This document shows, piece after piece, positions 1 to 7,777 of a stretch of 12,044 nt of DNA. Source of the DNA: Candidatus Micrarchaeia archaeon (GTDB lineage: Archaea; Micrarchaeota; Micrarchaeia; CAILAH01); contig JAVYLZ010000018.1 of NCBI GenBank assembly GCA_038740245.1, positions 1 to 12,044 of the forward strand. Direction: 5' to 3'. The position numbers and the translations under genes were made by a program. Numbering within the stretch: the stretch's first letter is position 1; each line of letters starts with the position of its first letter. The notes under the pieces were generated by a model, which saw only the letters and a list, made by a program, of their open reading frames with translations, was not told where the DNA came from and did not search any database.

Positions 1-27
1 GTTGGTTTCCGTGAAAGAAATGTGAAA

Positions 28-654
28 TTATTGGTTAAGCAGCGACTGTATCTCTTCCTTGGTATATACCTTGTAGCCCTTCTGGGTGATTGAGACGAGG
101 TTTATGCCGTCCCCCGTTGCGGCGTCACGCTTCATTGCAATGTTGATCGCCTTTACCGCAATGGGCAGGAGCTCTTCTACCTTCATCCCCTCCCTGTAAT
201 GGCTCTCAAGCACGCCGTATGCCACGGGCGAGCCGCTGCCAGTTGATGTGTATTTCTCCGAGGTTACGCCACCGATCGGGTCCAAATTGTAAATGGACGG
301 CCCTTTTTCATCATAGCCGGCAACCAGCATCTGCACAAGGAACGGGAACCACTTCTGCTGGAACAGGATGTTTGAGAGCAGTGTTGATGCGGCGCGCACA
401 GTCATGGGTGTATTGTTCTGCAGGCGGTACAGCTTGAGCTCGGCCTGCATCCACCTCACAAGCGCCTGTGCATCGCCGACGCTTCCTGCAATCGTAACAC
501 CGATGTGCTCATCTATCTTGTGTATCTTGTCGGTCTCCTTGTTGGCGATGAAATAGCCCATGCTCGCACGCATATCTGCGGCAAGCACCACGCCGTCACG
601 GCCCACCAGCCCTACTGTTGTTGTTCCTTTTTTGGGGTCAAAATTCTGCTCCAT
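28..654 (-). CDS. psmB: 20S proteasome beta subunit (catalytic Thr1 Ntn-hydrolase)
   Basis: Propeptide MEQNFDPKKG followed by TTTVGL (Thr1 nucleophile), then AADMRAS, KIHKI, IAGSVGDAQ, STGSGS and KRDAATGDG motifs. ATG at 654 is preferred over the adjacent TTG at 657; a GGTG RBS-like motif lies just upstream. Confidence 0.97.
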   Translation of the reverse strand: MEQNFDPKKGTTTVGLVGRDGVVLAADMRASMGYFIANKETDKIHKIDEHIGVTIAGSVGDAQALVRWMQAELKLYRLQNNTPMTVRAASTLLSNILFQQKWFPFLVQMLVAGYDEKGPSIYNLDPIGGVTSEKYTSTGSGSPVAYGVLESHYREGMKVEELLPIAVKAINIAMKRDAATGDGINLVSITQKGYKVYTKEEIQSLLNQ

Positions 655-667
655 CAAAACACCGCCA

Positions 668-687
668 TAAGCATTTGCGAATGCTTA
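668..687. promoter_or_regulatory. Perfect inverted repeat TAAGCATT-N4-AATGCTTA in the psmB leader (operator or 5'-UTR hairpin)
   Basis: 8-bp arms read directly; it lies between the putative TATA (723-730) and the psmB RBS. Confidence 0.45.
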
Positions 688-722
688 CAGAGAAATTAGC
701 AGGTAAAGATAGAAAATGAAAG

Positions 723-730
723 TATTTAAA
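723..730 (-). promoter_or_regulatory. Putative TATA box of psmB (TTTAAATA)
   Basis: Archaeal TATA consensus match on the minus strand in the intergenic region upstream of psmB. Confidence 0.55.
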
Positions 731-745
731 GCTATTTAGGGAGGG

Positions 746-1711
746 CTACACGTGCACAGGTATGTTGTGGAGCTGCAGGTAAAAGATTGAGATGAGGTAA
801 ATCAGGAATATGAGCAAGAACAGCGTGCCACCGCGCCAGCTGAGCCTGTTGTGCACGGCCGCCGCATAAAACAGGATTATGTCCGCCACAAGCGCGAACA
901 GCAGCGCCGCTATAAATACGGGCAATGTGACATCTATCGGGTTTATAACTGCCGCCGCGCCGAGCACAAGCGTGAGGTTTGTCATGTTGCTGCCGATTGC
1001 ATCCCCAAGCGCAATCCCGTAATGCCTCCTGCGGAGGGCCTGCAGAGCAATTGAGAGCTCGGGAAGTGATGTGCCGATTGCGATTATGGTTGCCCCTATA
1101 AAGCTTTGAGAGACGCCTGCCCGTTCTGATAGTGCAACGGCCGAGCTTACCACAAAGCTTGCACTCACCAGCACAAGCCCCATGGATATGATGAAGTAAA
1201 GGAATGCCTGGAATGCATCGTGCTTTGCCACCTTCTCCCTTGTTTCAGCGTCTTTACCGGTCTTCATTGTATAGTACGAATAGCCCACAAACAGCAGGAT
1301 AAGCACTGCACCGTCAACAAAGCCGAGCGTGCTCTCAAGCAACAGGTTGCTGAATACTATGTACACTGAGAGTGCAGTTGTGAGCACCAGCACAAGCCCG
1401 ATATCATCAAGCTCATCCTTGGTTATCCTAATCCCGTAAATCACAGCCCCCACACCGAGTATGAGGAGGATGTTTGCGATGTTTGAGCCGAACACGTTGC
1501 CGGCCGCGATTGCGCCGTTGCCTGCGTGCGAGGAGATTACCGACACTACAAACTCAGGCAGGGAAGTTATCACCGCTATCAGAAGGAAACCGATTGCCAT
1601 CTGGCTTATGCCAAAATAGGCGGATAGCTTGGAGGTGCTGGCGACAACAACATCTGAGGATTTGGCGAGCACCGCCAGCGAAACGAGCAATATAAGCAAT
1701 TCAACAATCAT
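746..1711 (-). CDS. Sodium/calcium exchanger, CaCA family (YrbG/NCX_Mj-like)
   Basis: Two alpha-repeat sets, ITSLPE...GNVFGSNIAN and GTSLPE...GDAIGSNMTN, with about 10 hydrophobic segments. A TATA-like TTTTATAG lies at 1736-1743 and AGGTG precedes the ATG. Confidence 0.95.
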   Translation of the reverse strand: MIVELLILLVSLAVLAKSSDVVVASTSKLSAYFGISQMAIGFLLIAVITSLPEFVVSVISSHAGNGAIAAGNVFGSNIANILLILGVGAVIYGIRITKDELDDIGLVLVLTTALSVYIVFSNLLLESTLGFVDGAVLILLFVGYSYYTMKTGKDAETREKVAKHDAFQAFLYFIISMGLVLVSASFVVSSAVALSERAGVSQSFIGATIIAIGTSLPELSIALQALRRRHYGIALGDAIGSNMTNLTLVLGAAAVINPIDVTLPVFIAALLFALVADIILFYAAAVHNRLSWRGGTLFLLIFLIYLISIFYLQLHNIPVHV

Positions 1712-1796
1712 TCAGGCACCTGCCGTTCTTATGCGCTATAAAACTCCCGGCCAATATACCAAATCCCCTCGCTCCGGAGTTCATCCCGCGCACCAG

Positions 1797-2309
1797 CTAC
1801 TTCTTTGGGGGCTTGCTGCGCGCATCGTCTATCAGTGCGAGCCACGAGTCCCCTATCTTGCACAGATAATTGCCAAACGTCTTGCTCAATGTGACTACCA
1901 TAGGCCTGTACTTCTGCTTGCTGTGCTCGGCGATTATGGTCTGCCGCTCAACTTTCACAAGCCCCACGCGCTTGAGCCGGGGGAGCACACGGTTGTAAAA
2001 CGTTGCCTTTGAAATTGAGTTTTCCTTGATGAACTGCGAGAGCTCCCGCCCCTCAAACTTGTGCTTGGAAAGAAGCTCCTGCATAAAACGAGTTGCAATA
2101 TCATTGTATATGGGTTGGTACTTTTTGGGAAATACGAAATTGATGAGCTCCTCAAGCGACCAATAATTGCGCAGCGGGTTCTCCCCCTCATCCTGGAACT
2201 TGCGCAATTCCTCGGAATAGTGGGGCGGCAGGTAAAAGGACTCCTTGCTTGGGATTCCCCGCGTTGCTATTGCCCTCTTGGGCGAGGAAGAAGCGATATC
2301 TCCACTCAT
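1797..2309 (-). CDS. Hypothetical protein with a probable winged helix-turn-helix domain
   Basis: 170-aa ORF; ELSQFIKENSISKATFYNRVLPRLKRVGLVKVER fits an HTH recognition helix plus wing. A TATA-like TTTTTATT lies about 25 nt upstream (2333-2340). Confidence 0.75.
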   Translation of the reverse strand: MSGDIASSSPKRAIATRGIPSKESFYLPPHYSEELRKFQDEGENPLRNYWSLEELINFVFPKKYQPIYNDIATRFMQELLSKHKFEGRELSQFIKENSISKATFYNRVLPRLKRVGLVKVERQTIIAEHSKQKYRPMVVTLSKTFGNYLCKIGDSWLALIDDARSKPPKK

Positions 2310-2359
2310 GGTTTACTATATAAGTACTAAGTAATAAAAACCACTCGTAGGTGGCGGGG

Positions 2360-4420
2360 CTACGGACAAATTTGGGCAATGCGCACTATCGCGCCTATGC
2401 GCGCACCCTTGCCGTCCTTGAGCTCCGCACACGCAAATGATGCCTGCAGCTCACGCCCGTTTTTTCCTTTAAGCACAACCTCTTTGAGGCCTCCTGATTT
2501 AGCAAGCAGATGCTTCCTAACTTGTGTGCGCTGCTTTGGAGTGATGTAAGTATCAATCTTTGTGCCAAGTATCTTCTTTATGGGGAAGCCGAGCATCCTC
2601 GCAAAGTGCCCGTTTGCATAGGTAATCCTGAGCTTGCTGTCAACCGCGCACACGCCGTCTGAAGTTACTGAAAGCAGTGCGCTGTTGAGCTGGCTGCACT
2701 CCCTAAGCTCATTTTTTGCTGCAAGCTCACCGGAAATGTCCTCGCCAAAAACAAGCAGCGAATAAACATACCCCTCCTTATCCTTAACAGGGAAAAGGGT
2801 GAGTTTGAGGTGTCTGCCGGTGCTTTCAGGCTGGAGCATAAGCTTCTGCGCCTTGCCACTGCAGGCGGATTTAAGTGCGGCAGTGAATCCCTTCTTGAAT
2901 TCATTTGGGATAAGCGTGGTGATATTTTTGCCGAGCGCACTGCTTTTTTCAACGCCCAGTGCGGCTGCAGCACGGCTGTTAAGCGATGATATTGTACCGT
3001 CAGCATTCAGGGAAATTATGGCTGCAGGCGATTCATTGAAGCACGCATTCCCGCGTGCGCGCTCATCATCAAGCTCCCTTTTCAGCGAGGTCTCACATGT
3101 TATGTCCTCCGCCAAGAGCAGGATGAGGCCCTGCTCGCCATCGCGCCTTGATTGTGCCGTGCGGACAGAGAGGTATGCTTCCCTGCCATCTGGACCGGTT
3201 AGCTTAATTGTTGATTGCGGTGCGCTTCCTGAAAGCAGTGCTGAAAGTGCCTTTTGCGAATCCTTGTGCACAAGGCCGTCTAATTGTTTGCCAACCAATG
3301 AGTTGCGGGGCACGCCAATGCAGTCCTCAAATGCCTTGTTTGCGTAGCTGATTTTTCCGTCCTTTGCAACAAGTGCAAGCGGCGAGGGCAGACCGTCAAC
3401 AAGCGATGCGTATGCGGTTTCGCTTGAGGCAAGACGTGCGGCCAGCAGGTCGGACTGGTCAAGCAGCTGGTTTATGCCTGAAACCATCTGCTCAAACCCT
3501 TTTACGTTGCGTATGCGCCTGCCCTTGTTGCTTCCTGAAACAATCCCGCTGAGTTCTGATGAAACAAGTGAAATCGGCTTTGCAATCCAAAAATACACGA
3601 GCACAAGAAGCGCCGCGCCTGTCAGCAGGCTTGCCGCAACTGCAAACAGTATAAACTTCCAAAGCGGCTGGGCAGTATACGGCTCGCTTGCCTTTATGAG
3701 GACTGCCTCATGCCCGTAAATATCGTTGAGAACAAGGTAGCCCTCCATCGCATCCGGGGTGGCCACGAATGCACGGTTGGCATCATCAAGCTCAAGCCCC
3801 TCCGGGGGCATATATTCATCAAGCGAGTATGCCTCTATGGTTCCGGACGGAGTGGCAGCCGCCTGAAACTGTAAAAGGCCGTACTTGCGTGCGAATATGA
3901 GCACGCCGGCGTTCCCGGCAATCCTCTGTGAGGATACCTGCAGCAGGCCCCTTGAGGTTTGCACCATCCCTGAAAGAGATTGCCGGCCGTCCGCAAGCAG
4001 CAGCGGGTCCCTTGCTGCGAGCGCGCACAGCTCAGGAGGGACGCCAACCTGTGTGCCTGAATCAGGGTCATAACCGGTTGAGAACAGGAGCTGGCCATCC
4101 TTGCTGAATATGCAGGCATAATCAATACCCATCCTGTCAAGCTGCTCGACATTGAAGTTTCGGCGCGTAAACTCCGGGTCGGGGGATTCAGCGTACGCGC
4201 GCATCCCGCTCATCTGTGCATACGCACTTGCATATGACTCAAGCTGTGAAAGCGAAAGCGCGCTTATGTGCTCTGATACAGCAAGCATATGCTCAACAGG
4301 CTGGCGGGCCGCATCACCTGCATCCGCGGATAGGATTGGCTGCGCTACTATGAGCGCAATGCCCGCACACACCGCAGCAATGAAAATAAGCGAGATTATG
4401 AGCCTGTTCCCAACATTCAT
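2360..4420 (-). CDS. Membrane sensor: TM-CHASE4-like-TM-HAMP-PAS-PAS-PAS, with no recognisable output domain
   Basis: N-terminal TM; CHASE4-like segment (IDYACIFSKDGQLLFS, SGMVQTSRGLLQVSSQRI, GVLIFAR); second TM plus HAMP-like region (IAKPISLVSSEL...FEQMVSGINQLL); three PAS starts (DGKISYANKAF, DGTISSLNSRA, KLRITYANGHF) with EDIT/EDIS PAC ends. Confidence 0.85.
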   Translation of the reverse strand: MNVGNRLIISLIFIAAVCAGIALIVAQPILSADAGDAARQPVEHMLAVSEHISALSLSQLESYASAYAQMSGMRAYAESPDPEFTRRNFNVEQLDRMGIDYACIFSKDGQLLFSTGYDPDSGTQVGVPPELCALAARDPLLLADGRQSLSGMVQTSRGLLQVSSQRIAGNAGVLIFARKYGLLQFQAAATPSGTIEAYSLDEYMPPEGLELDDANRAFVATPDAMEGYLVLNDIYGHEAVLIKASEPYTAQPLWKFILFAVAASLLTGAALLVLVYFWIAKPISLVSSELSGIVSGSNKGRRIRNVKGFEQMVSGINQLLDQSDLLAARLASSETAYASLVDGLPSPLALVAKDGKISYANKAFEDCIGVPRNSLVGKQLDGLVHKDSQKALSALLSGSAPQSTIKLTGPDGREAYLSVRTAQSRRDGEQGLILLLAEDITCETSLKRELDDERARGNACFNESPAAIISLNADGTISSLNSRAAAALGVEKSSALGKNITTLIPNEFKKGFTAALKSACSGKAQKLMLQPESTGRHLKLTLFPVKDKEGYVYSLLVFGEDISGELAAKNELRECSQLNSALLSVTSDGVCAVDSKLRITYANGHFARMLGFPIKKILGTKIDTYITPKQRTQVRKHLLAKSGGLKEVVLKGKNGRELQASFACAELKDGKGARIGAIVRIAQICP

Positions 4421-4440
4421 AACGTGCTCTCTCAGCCAAG

Positions 4441-4448
4441 TTATATAA
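4441..4448. promoter_or_regulatory. Shared/bidirectional TATA element TTATATAA between divergent genes
   Basis: Palindromic TATA lying 21-31 nt from both ATG 4420 (minus strand) and ATG 4472 (plus strand). Confidence 0.55.
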
Positions 4449-4471
4449 TTATTTGGCGTGATAAGTGCGCT

Positions 4472-4690
4472 ATGTCAAGCGAAGGTGGCGTGCTTAAGGA
4501 GCCGGGCAAGGCGGCAGCAAAAGGGGAGGCGTTCAAGGAGAAGGATGTCCTTGGTGCATCACAAAAGAAGCACGCATACCTCTCGGAGAGCAAGAAGATG
4601 CAGCGCAAGGAAGTGTTTGCCATGCTCTCCGGCTTCAAGAAAAAATGGGTAAAGGGGCTTCTCGGGGTCTTTAAGAGGCTGCTTGGGTAA
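4472..4690 (+). CDS. Small Lys-rich hypothetical protein (72 aa) with a C-terminal amphipathic helix
   Basis: ATG at 4472 is correctly spaced from the TATA at 4441. The ORF fills the intergenic gap, shows AAG/GAG codon use like its neighbours, and ends KKWVKGLLGVFKRLLG. Confidence 0.7.
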   Translation: MSSEGGVLKEPGKAAAKGEAFKEKDVLGASQKKHAYLSESKKMQRKEVFAMLSGFKKKWVKGLLGVFKRLLG

Positions 4691-4731
4691 GGCAATGCTG
4701 GTGGGTGCCGGGCACTAACGCAGGCCTGCGG

Positions 4732-5298
4732 CTATGGATTCTGCAGCTTTTTCTTCAGCTTGTCTATGGCGGTCCGGACCGCCACCTTCTCATCAGAGGT
4801 TATGTTCTCGTCCCTAAGCACAACGTTAAGGTACATCTCCTCAAAGAACTTAAGCGTGCCATCCCTGCTAATTGAGAATGCTTTCCTGAACCATTCCGCG
4901 GCCTGCTCTTCATTATCGTCAAGCAGGTAGCACAGGCCTATCAGGCATGCAGTTTCAAAATTCTCATCCCGTATGAATGCCTCCTTGAAACACTCAACCG
5001 CCTCGCTGAACCTGAACATCTTCATATGCACATACGCCTTGCCCATAAGCGGCTCTGCCCTGTTCGCATCCAGCTTGGCGGCCATCTCAAACGCGAGCAG
5101 CGCCTCATCATACTTTTCCATCCTGAACAGAGTCATCCCCTTCATGTACCAGGACAGGCCCTGCTGCGGCTCAAGGCGGGTTGCATCCTCATACCAGCTG
5201 AGCGCCTTCTCGTAATCCCCCTTCTCATAAAACTCATTGGACCTTGCAATTATCTCCTCATATGCCTTGTCAACTGGCTGGTCATCCCCTGCGGGCAT
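4732..5298 (-). CDS. Tetratricopeptide repeat (TPR) protein
   Basis: About four 34-aa TPR units (YEKGDYEKALSWYEDATRLEP; WYMKGMTLFRMEKYDEALLAFEMAAKLD; LMGKAYVHMKMFRFSEAVECFKEAF; LIGLCYLLDDNEEQAAEWFRKAF). Confidence 0.9.
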   Translation of the reverse strand: MPAGDDQPVDKAYEEIIARSNEFYEKGDYEKALSWYEDATRLEPQQGLSWYMKGMTLFRMEKYDEALLAFEMAAKLDANRAEPLMGKAYVHMKMFRFSEAVECFKEAFIRDENFETACLIGLCYLLDDNEEQAAEWFRKAFSISRDGTLKFFEEMYLNVVLRDENITSDEKVAVRTAIDKLKKKLQNP

Positions 5299-5348
5299 GC
5301 GATTACATTATCCCCAAATATTAAATAGGTTCAGGGAGGTATATGCGC

Positions 5349-5624
5349 ATGTATTGCAAAAGGCACCAGCAGGGGCGGCATGTAGTGTACGCGCTGTGCG
5401 ATAAGGAGCTTATAGGGACGGTGCTAAGGGAAGGGAATATTGTTATTGACCTGCGCACGCATTCACAGTTTTACGTTGGGGATGATGAGCTTGGCCCAGA
5501 TTTTGAGTCAATAAATGCGGTTGGGCGGAAATCAGTAGGCCTGCTGATTGAGAAGGGCATCATTAAGAAAGGGCAGGAGAAAACCGTGCAAGGAGTGCCC
5601 TACGCGCAAGTATACAGGATTTAG
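5349..5624 (+). CDS. DUF424 family archaeal protein
   Basis: Motifs ALCDKELIG, FYVG, INAVGRKSV and V-x-GVPYAQ. The second ATG (5349) is preferred because it is 8 nt from GGAGGT (5335-5340) and about 25 nt from the TATA at 5318-5327; the alternative start is 5343. Confidence 0.88.
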   Translation: MYCKRHQQGRHVVYALCDKELIGTVLREGNIVIDLRTHSQFYVGDDELGPDFESINAVGRKSVGLLIEKGIIKKGQEKTVQGVPYAQVYRI

Positions 5625-5655
5625 CCGGTTTTCAGTTTTAGGCGGCGCTTACTAA

Positions 5656-6150
5656 TCACTTCTTAAGTGCATCCCTGAACTTCTCAAAGTTTTCATCAGT
5701 GAATTTTGTGAGCACGGGCACCTCAACCTTAACGCCGTTCGCCGCATTCCAGCCAACGTACAGCATGTAAAGCCAGAACAGCAGGCCCAAAATACCGAAT
5801 GATATTATGCTGAGCAAAGTGCCTACGATCCCAAGCACTATTGCGTGGAAGCCGTGCCATTCAGCATTCCGGTCATCCTTTGATATTAAGTAGAGAATGA
5901 TGCCGCCCAGCCACGTGAAAAAATATGCTGCGAATATATCCAGCCGCGCCTTTGGCTTATCCTCTTCTATTGTTAGCTTTTTTTCAACAGGCGCGGCGCG
6001 CGCAATCTCACCAACAACAACCATTTCGCTCTCACCGGTGTCATGCCTGAGCTTGCGGGATTCATCAAGAAGCTTGCCCCTGATAGGCGGCTTCTTTGAA
6101 ACCGCAGATTTCTCCGCCTTTGATTTTTTGCTCGCTAAATCACCAACCAT
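5656..6150 (-). CDS. DUF4870-like membrane protein with a charged N-terminal extension
   Basis: AAYFFTWLGGIILYLISKDD...WHGFHAIVLG...YVGWNAANG...VPVL matches the DUF4870/Tic20-like pattern. TATA-like CTTTATAT on the minus strand at about 6173-6180. Confidence 0.75.
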   Translation of the reverse strand: MVGDLASKKSKAEKSAVSKKPPIRGKLLDESRKLRHDTGESEMVVVGEIARAAPVEKKLTIEEDKPKARLDIFAAYFFTWLGGIILYLISKDDRNAEWHGFHAIVLGIVGTLLSIISFGILGLLFWLYMLYVGWNAANGVKVEVPVLTKFTDENFEKFRDALKK

Positions 6151-6219
6151 GCTTCAAAATAGCGCAAACAAAATATAAAGCTGACCTCAACCACGGCAGC
6201 AGCTGCTGCCTAGCAGGAA

Positions 6220-6570
6220 TCAGAGCAATTTCAGGTGTTTTGTAAGCGCATCAATATCAGGAGCTTTTGCAGGGCCGATTGCAAGCGCTGTAATTGTGCC
6301 TGGCTCAAGCTGTGTGAGCCCGGCATCCCGTATGAGCGCACACGGCAGCGATTTTTTTGCAAGCGAGTATATCTGCTCCATCTCGGCAAGCGATGCTTTC
6401 AGCACAATCTTTTTCTCGCCCTGCAATTCCCAGTCGGAAACCGTGCGCGGGAACTTTTTCCTGGCGCTCTCATAGGCACGGATGGCTGCGTGTGCGCCCT
6501 GCGCAACCGCTTTCCCCTTGCCCATCTGTATGTCTGAGCGGATTATGATTGCCTGCTTGACTTCTTCCAC
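6220..6570 (-). CDS. pth2: Peptidyl-tRNA hydrolase 2 (archaeal/eukaryotic type)
   Basis: KQAIIIRSDIQMGKGKAVAQGAHA, KKIVLK, DAGLTQLEPGTITALAIGP and C-terminal LKLL; GTG start. Confidence 0.97.
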   Translation of the reverse strand: MEEVKQAIIIRSDIQMGKGKAVAQGAHAAIRAYESARKKFPRTVSDWELQGEKKIVLKASLAEMEQIYSLAKKSLPCALIRDAGLTQLEPGTITALAIGPAKAPDIDALTKHLKLL

Positions 6571-6622
6571 GGGAAACTATCAATGCTAAATATTATATTC
6601 ATTCCAAGGCCATAAGCTGCGT

Positions 6623-7606
6623 ATGCACGGGCTCAAAGAACTAATAAATGAGCTTCGCAGGGTTGAGTCATTGCGCACTGAAAGCGCGCGCGCACTTAAA
6701 GCAAGCTGCGGCCTCGTTGAAAAATGCCCGTGCCTCCCGCTTGACTTTAAGGTGGGGGCGGTTGATGCTGGGCTTGTTGCGCAGGAATTCCATGCCTTTG
6801 ACCTTGTTGTTGTGAAAGCCGTGGGTGCGGTCTTTGAATACAGGAATGGCAGGCTTGCGGGGCATAAGTATTGCCCTGCGCCGTTCCCAAAAGAGAGCAT
6901 TGCAACAAACGGCTCCATGGACCTTGTAGAGCTGGGCCAGTACAGAAATATACTGCGCCTTAAGGAGGAGATTTCGCTGGCGGTGGATGTCGCAAAGGAG
7001 TGCGACCTTATGCTTATAGACGGCAGCCTTGTGCCGCTGCCAAGCGACAAGCCGGCAAACAAGGAGATGCGCGCCGAGTACGAGGAGCTGGTATCACTTT
7101 ACCTGAAGCTGTTTGAGGAAAGCGGGCACAAGCTCGTTGGCGTGATAAAGGACAGCAGGAGCAAGCGCCTGCTTGAGGAGAATGCGCACATAATAGGTCA
7201 GGATGTTATTGCTAACAGCACGGACAGCACGCTTCTTGACCTTGTGCTTGAGAAGGGCGAGATGACGCGGCCGCTGCCATACTCAAAGGATGCAAAGGCC
7301 AACCAGATACTCAAGGACCTTATGCCGCATTCAGAAAAACTTAATGTGTCATACATAAAAGCAGGGAAAAATGACAGGCCGTTGCGTGTTGAGTTCTTCG
7401 GTGAGGGGAAGGAGCTTATCGGGAAACTTTACCCGCTATGCTCAATAAACGAGAATTACTCCTATCCCTCAATACTGATTGACGTTGACCTTAGGGCGAT
7501 AATTGAGCCGCAGGATGCTGAGAGGATATACCATGAGATTGAGGTTGCGCCGTTCCTGCACGACTCGCGGCTGCTCAGGCGGGACAGCAGGCCGTTCAGG
7601 CACTGA
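6623..7606 (+). CDS. nurA: NurA-family nuclease (RNase H-like fold)
   Basis: VGAVDAG (D48), LMLIDGSL (D133), GVIKDSRS, PLRVEF and YPSILIDVDLRA motifs, in the order characteristic of NurA domains. Confidence 0.88.
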   Translation: MHGLKELINELRRVESLRTESARALKASCGLVEKCPCLPLDFKVGAVDAGLVAQEFHAFDLVVVKAVGAVFEYRNGRLAGHKYCPAPFPKESIATNGSMDLVELGQYRNILRLKEEISLAVDVAKECDLMLIDGSLVPLPSDKPANKEMRAEYEELVSLYLKLFEESGHKLVGVIKDSRSKRLLEENAHIIGQDVIANSTDSTLLDLVLEKGEMTRPLPYSKDAKANQILKDLMPHSEKLNVSYIKAGKNDRPLRVEFFGEGKELIGKLYPLCSINENYSYPSILIDVDLRAIIEPQDAERIYHEIEVAPFLHDSRLLRRDSRPFRH

Positions 7607-7648
7607 TTTTACGAATAGGCCTCCGACTGAAAGCCAGCTTTTATGGCA

Positions 7649-7663
7649 CAAAAGCTTATAAAT
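7649..7663 (+). promoter_or_regulatory. BRE-TATA promoter (CAAAAG-C-TTATAAAT) with no downstream CDS
   Basis: Purine-rich BRE followed by TTATAAA; predicted start about 7681-7685, at the beginning of a structured GC-rich block. Confidence 0.6.
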
Positions 7664-7680
7664 GTTCAAAACAAAGTTAA

Positions 7681-7777
7681 GACCGTAGCTCCACTCCGAG
7701 TTTGCGGCTGAAAGGCCGCTGTGCGAAAGCACAAATACGCCACCGCCAGTCCCGATGGGCTGGCCTAATTTTCTACG
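7681..7777 (+). ncRNA. Candidate structured small non-coding RNA of unknown family
   Basis: Closing stem CGTAG(7684-88)/CTACG(7773-77). Hairpins GCGGCT-GAAA-GGCCGC, TGTGC-GAAA-GCACA and GCCAGTCC-CGAT-GGGCTGGC. The GNRA loops and G-U pairs work on the plus strand, and a promoter lies upstream. Confidence 0.55.

Noticed and set aside
2310..2360. Frameshifted kinase or cyclase domain after the PAS sensor
   Set aside because: The gap is only 50 bp, and the next ORF has no H-box, HATPase or GGDEF motif.
4441..4695. 84-aa minus-strand ORF and 64-aa plus-strand ORF (4458..4652)
   Set aside because: These are shadow frames of the 4472..4690 ORF, which has the better ATG/TATA spacing and codon usage.
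7681..7777. Hammerhead ribozyme, true tRNA, 5S rRNA, SRP RNA, RNase P RNA or C/D-box sRNA
   Set aside because: CTGAAAG is not the CUGANGA core. There is no TTCRA T-loop, D-loop GG or 7-bp acceptor stem, no C box, and none of the SRP or RNase P conserved motifs.
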